Of a stretch of 64,000 bases of DNA, positions 63,701-64,000 are shown piece after piece. The stretch covers positions 96,203 to 160,202 of the forward strand of contig NMRA01000069.1 in assembly GCA_002633005.1 (NCBI GenBank), given 5' to 3'. The notes under the pieces were generated by a model, which saw only the letters and a list, made by a program, of their open reading frames with translations, was not told the origin of the DNA and made no database searches. This DNA comes from Phoronis australis. Lineage: Eukaryota; Animalia; Phoronida. The stretch's first letter is position 1; every line of letters starts with the position of its first letter. The position numbers and the translations under genes are program-made.

Positions 63701-64000
63701 TATCAGACGAGCTCACTACTAGCCAACAAAGGGAGGTGATAAGTCTGCTAGAAGAGTACTCTGACATCTTTAGTGAAGTACCAGGTACGACCCATCTGGT
63801 TGAGCACAAGATTGAGACTATCAGTGAAGAGCCGGTGAGAGTCAAGCGGTATCCCCTGTCATATGCCACACGGTCGGTTGTGCAGGAGGAAGTTGACAAC
63901 ATGTTAAAGTGTGGAGTCATAGAACCATCCGATGCACCCCACAACTCTCCGGTGGTCTTAGTGAAGAAGAAAAACGGTTCAAATCGATTCTGCATCGATT
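60716..64000 (+). pseudogene. gag-pol polyprotein (SCAN-like capsid, CCHC, protease, integrase, start of RT)
   Basis: FLARFETFA...LIREQFL, CFNCHRKGHLARDC, IRDTGC, AHES..GHLG...CDIC, VDLIGP...SDCGTQF...GLCER, then IEPSDAPHNSPVVLVKKKNGSNRFCID. Stop at 61247 and frameshift near 63660. Confidence 0.92.

Larger units (their letters stand above)
59693..64000 (+). mobile_element. Gmr1-like Gypsy LTR retrotransposon (runs off the window)
   Basis: 5' LTR at 59693-60586, then PBS, gag, CCHC knuckle, protease, integrase and RT. Confidence 0.93.

Noticed and set aside
61349-63995. Minus-strand ORFs over the Gypsy pol
   Set aside because: Antisense shadows of the coding strand with no domain motifs.

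Overview
Repeat-rich animal genomic DNA, probably from a lophotrochozoan invertebrate (inferred from the gene and transposon families). It is not prokaryotic. Three host genes can be read, all on the minus strand. (1) A 4-exon secreted protein with a PAN/Apple-like N-terminus and an uncharacterised W-x-L-x-F-K-G domain (7494->2424). (2) A 6-exon secreted single-MAM-domain protein (28830->19177). (3) The last coding exon (TM3-loop-TM4) of a nicotinic-acetylcholine-receptor-type Cys-loop channel (58728->58118). Most other recognisable sequence is mobile DNA. There are two inverted, internally deleted Kolobok transposons (THAP transposase plus convergent KolX, 158-bp TIRs, TTAA TSD) and a third Kolobok-like relic. 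Retroelement remnants include RTE-X-like, Penelope-like (with hammerhead cores) and LOA-like elements. There are also MULE-like and Harbinger-like MITEs, a ~6.8-kb Helentron/HINE-like tandem array, a TIR element spanning an 824-N gap, and a Gmr1-type Gypsy element (gag-PR-IN-RT) with a sister solo LTR. All calls come from reading the sequence and recognising motifs; no database search was run.
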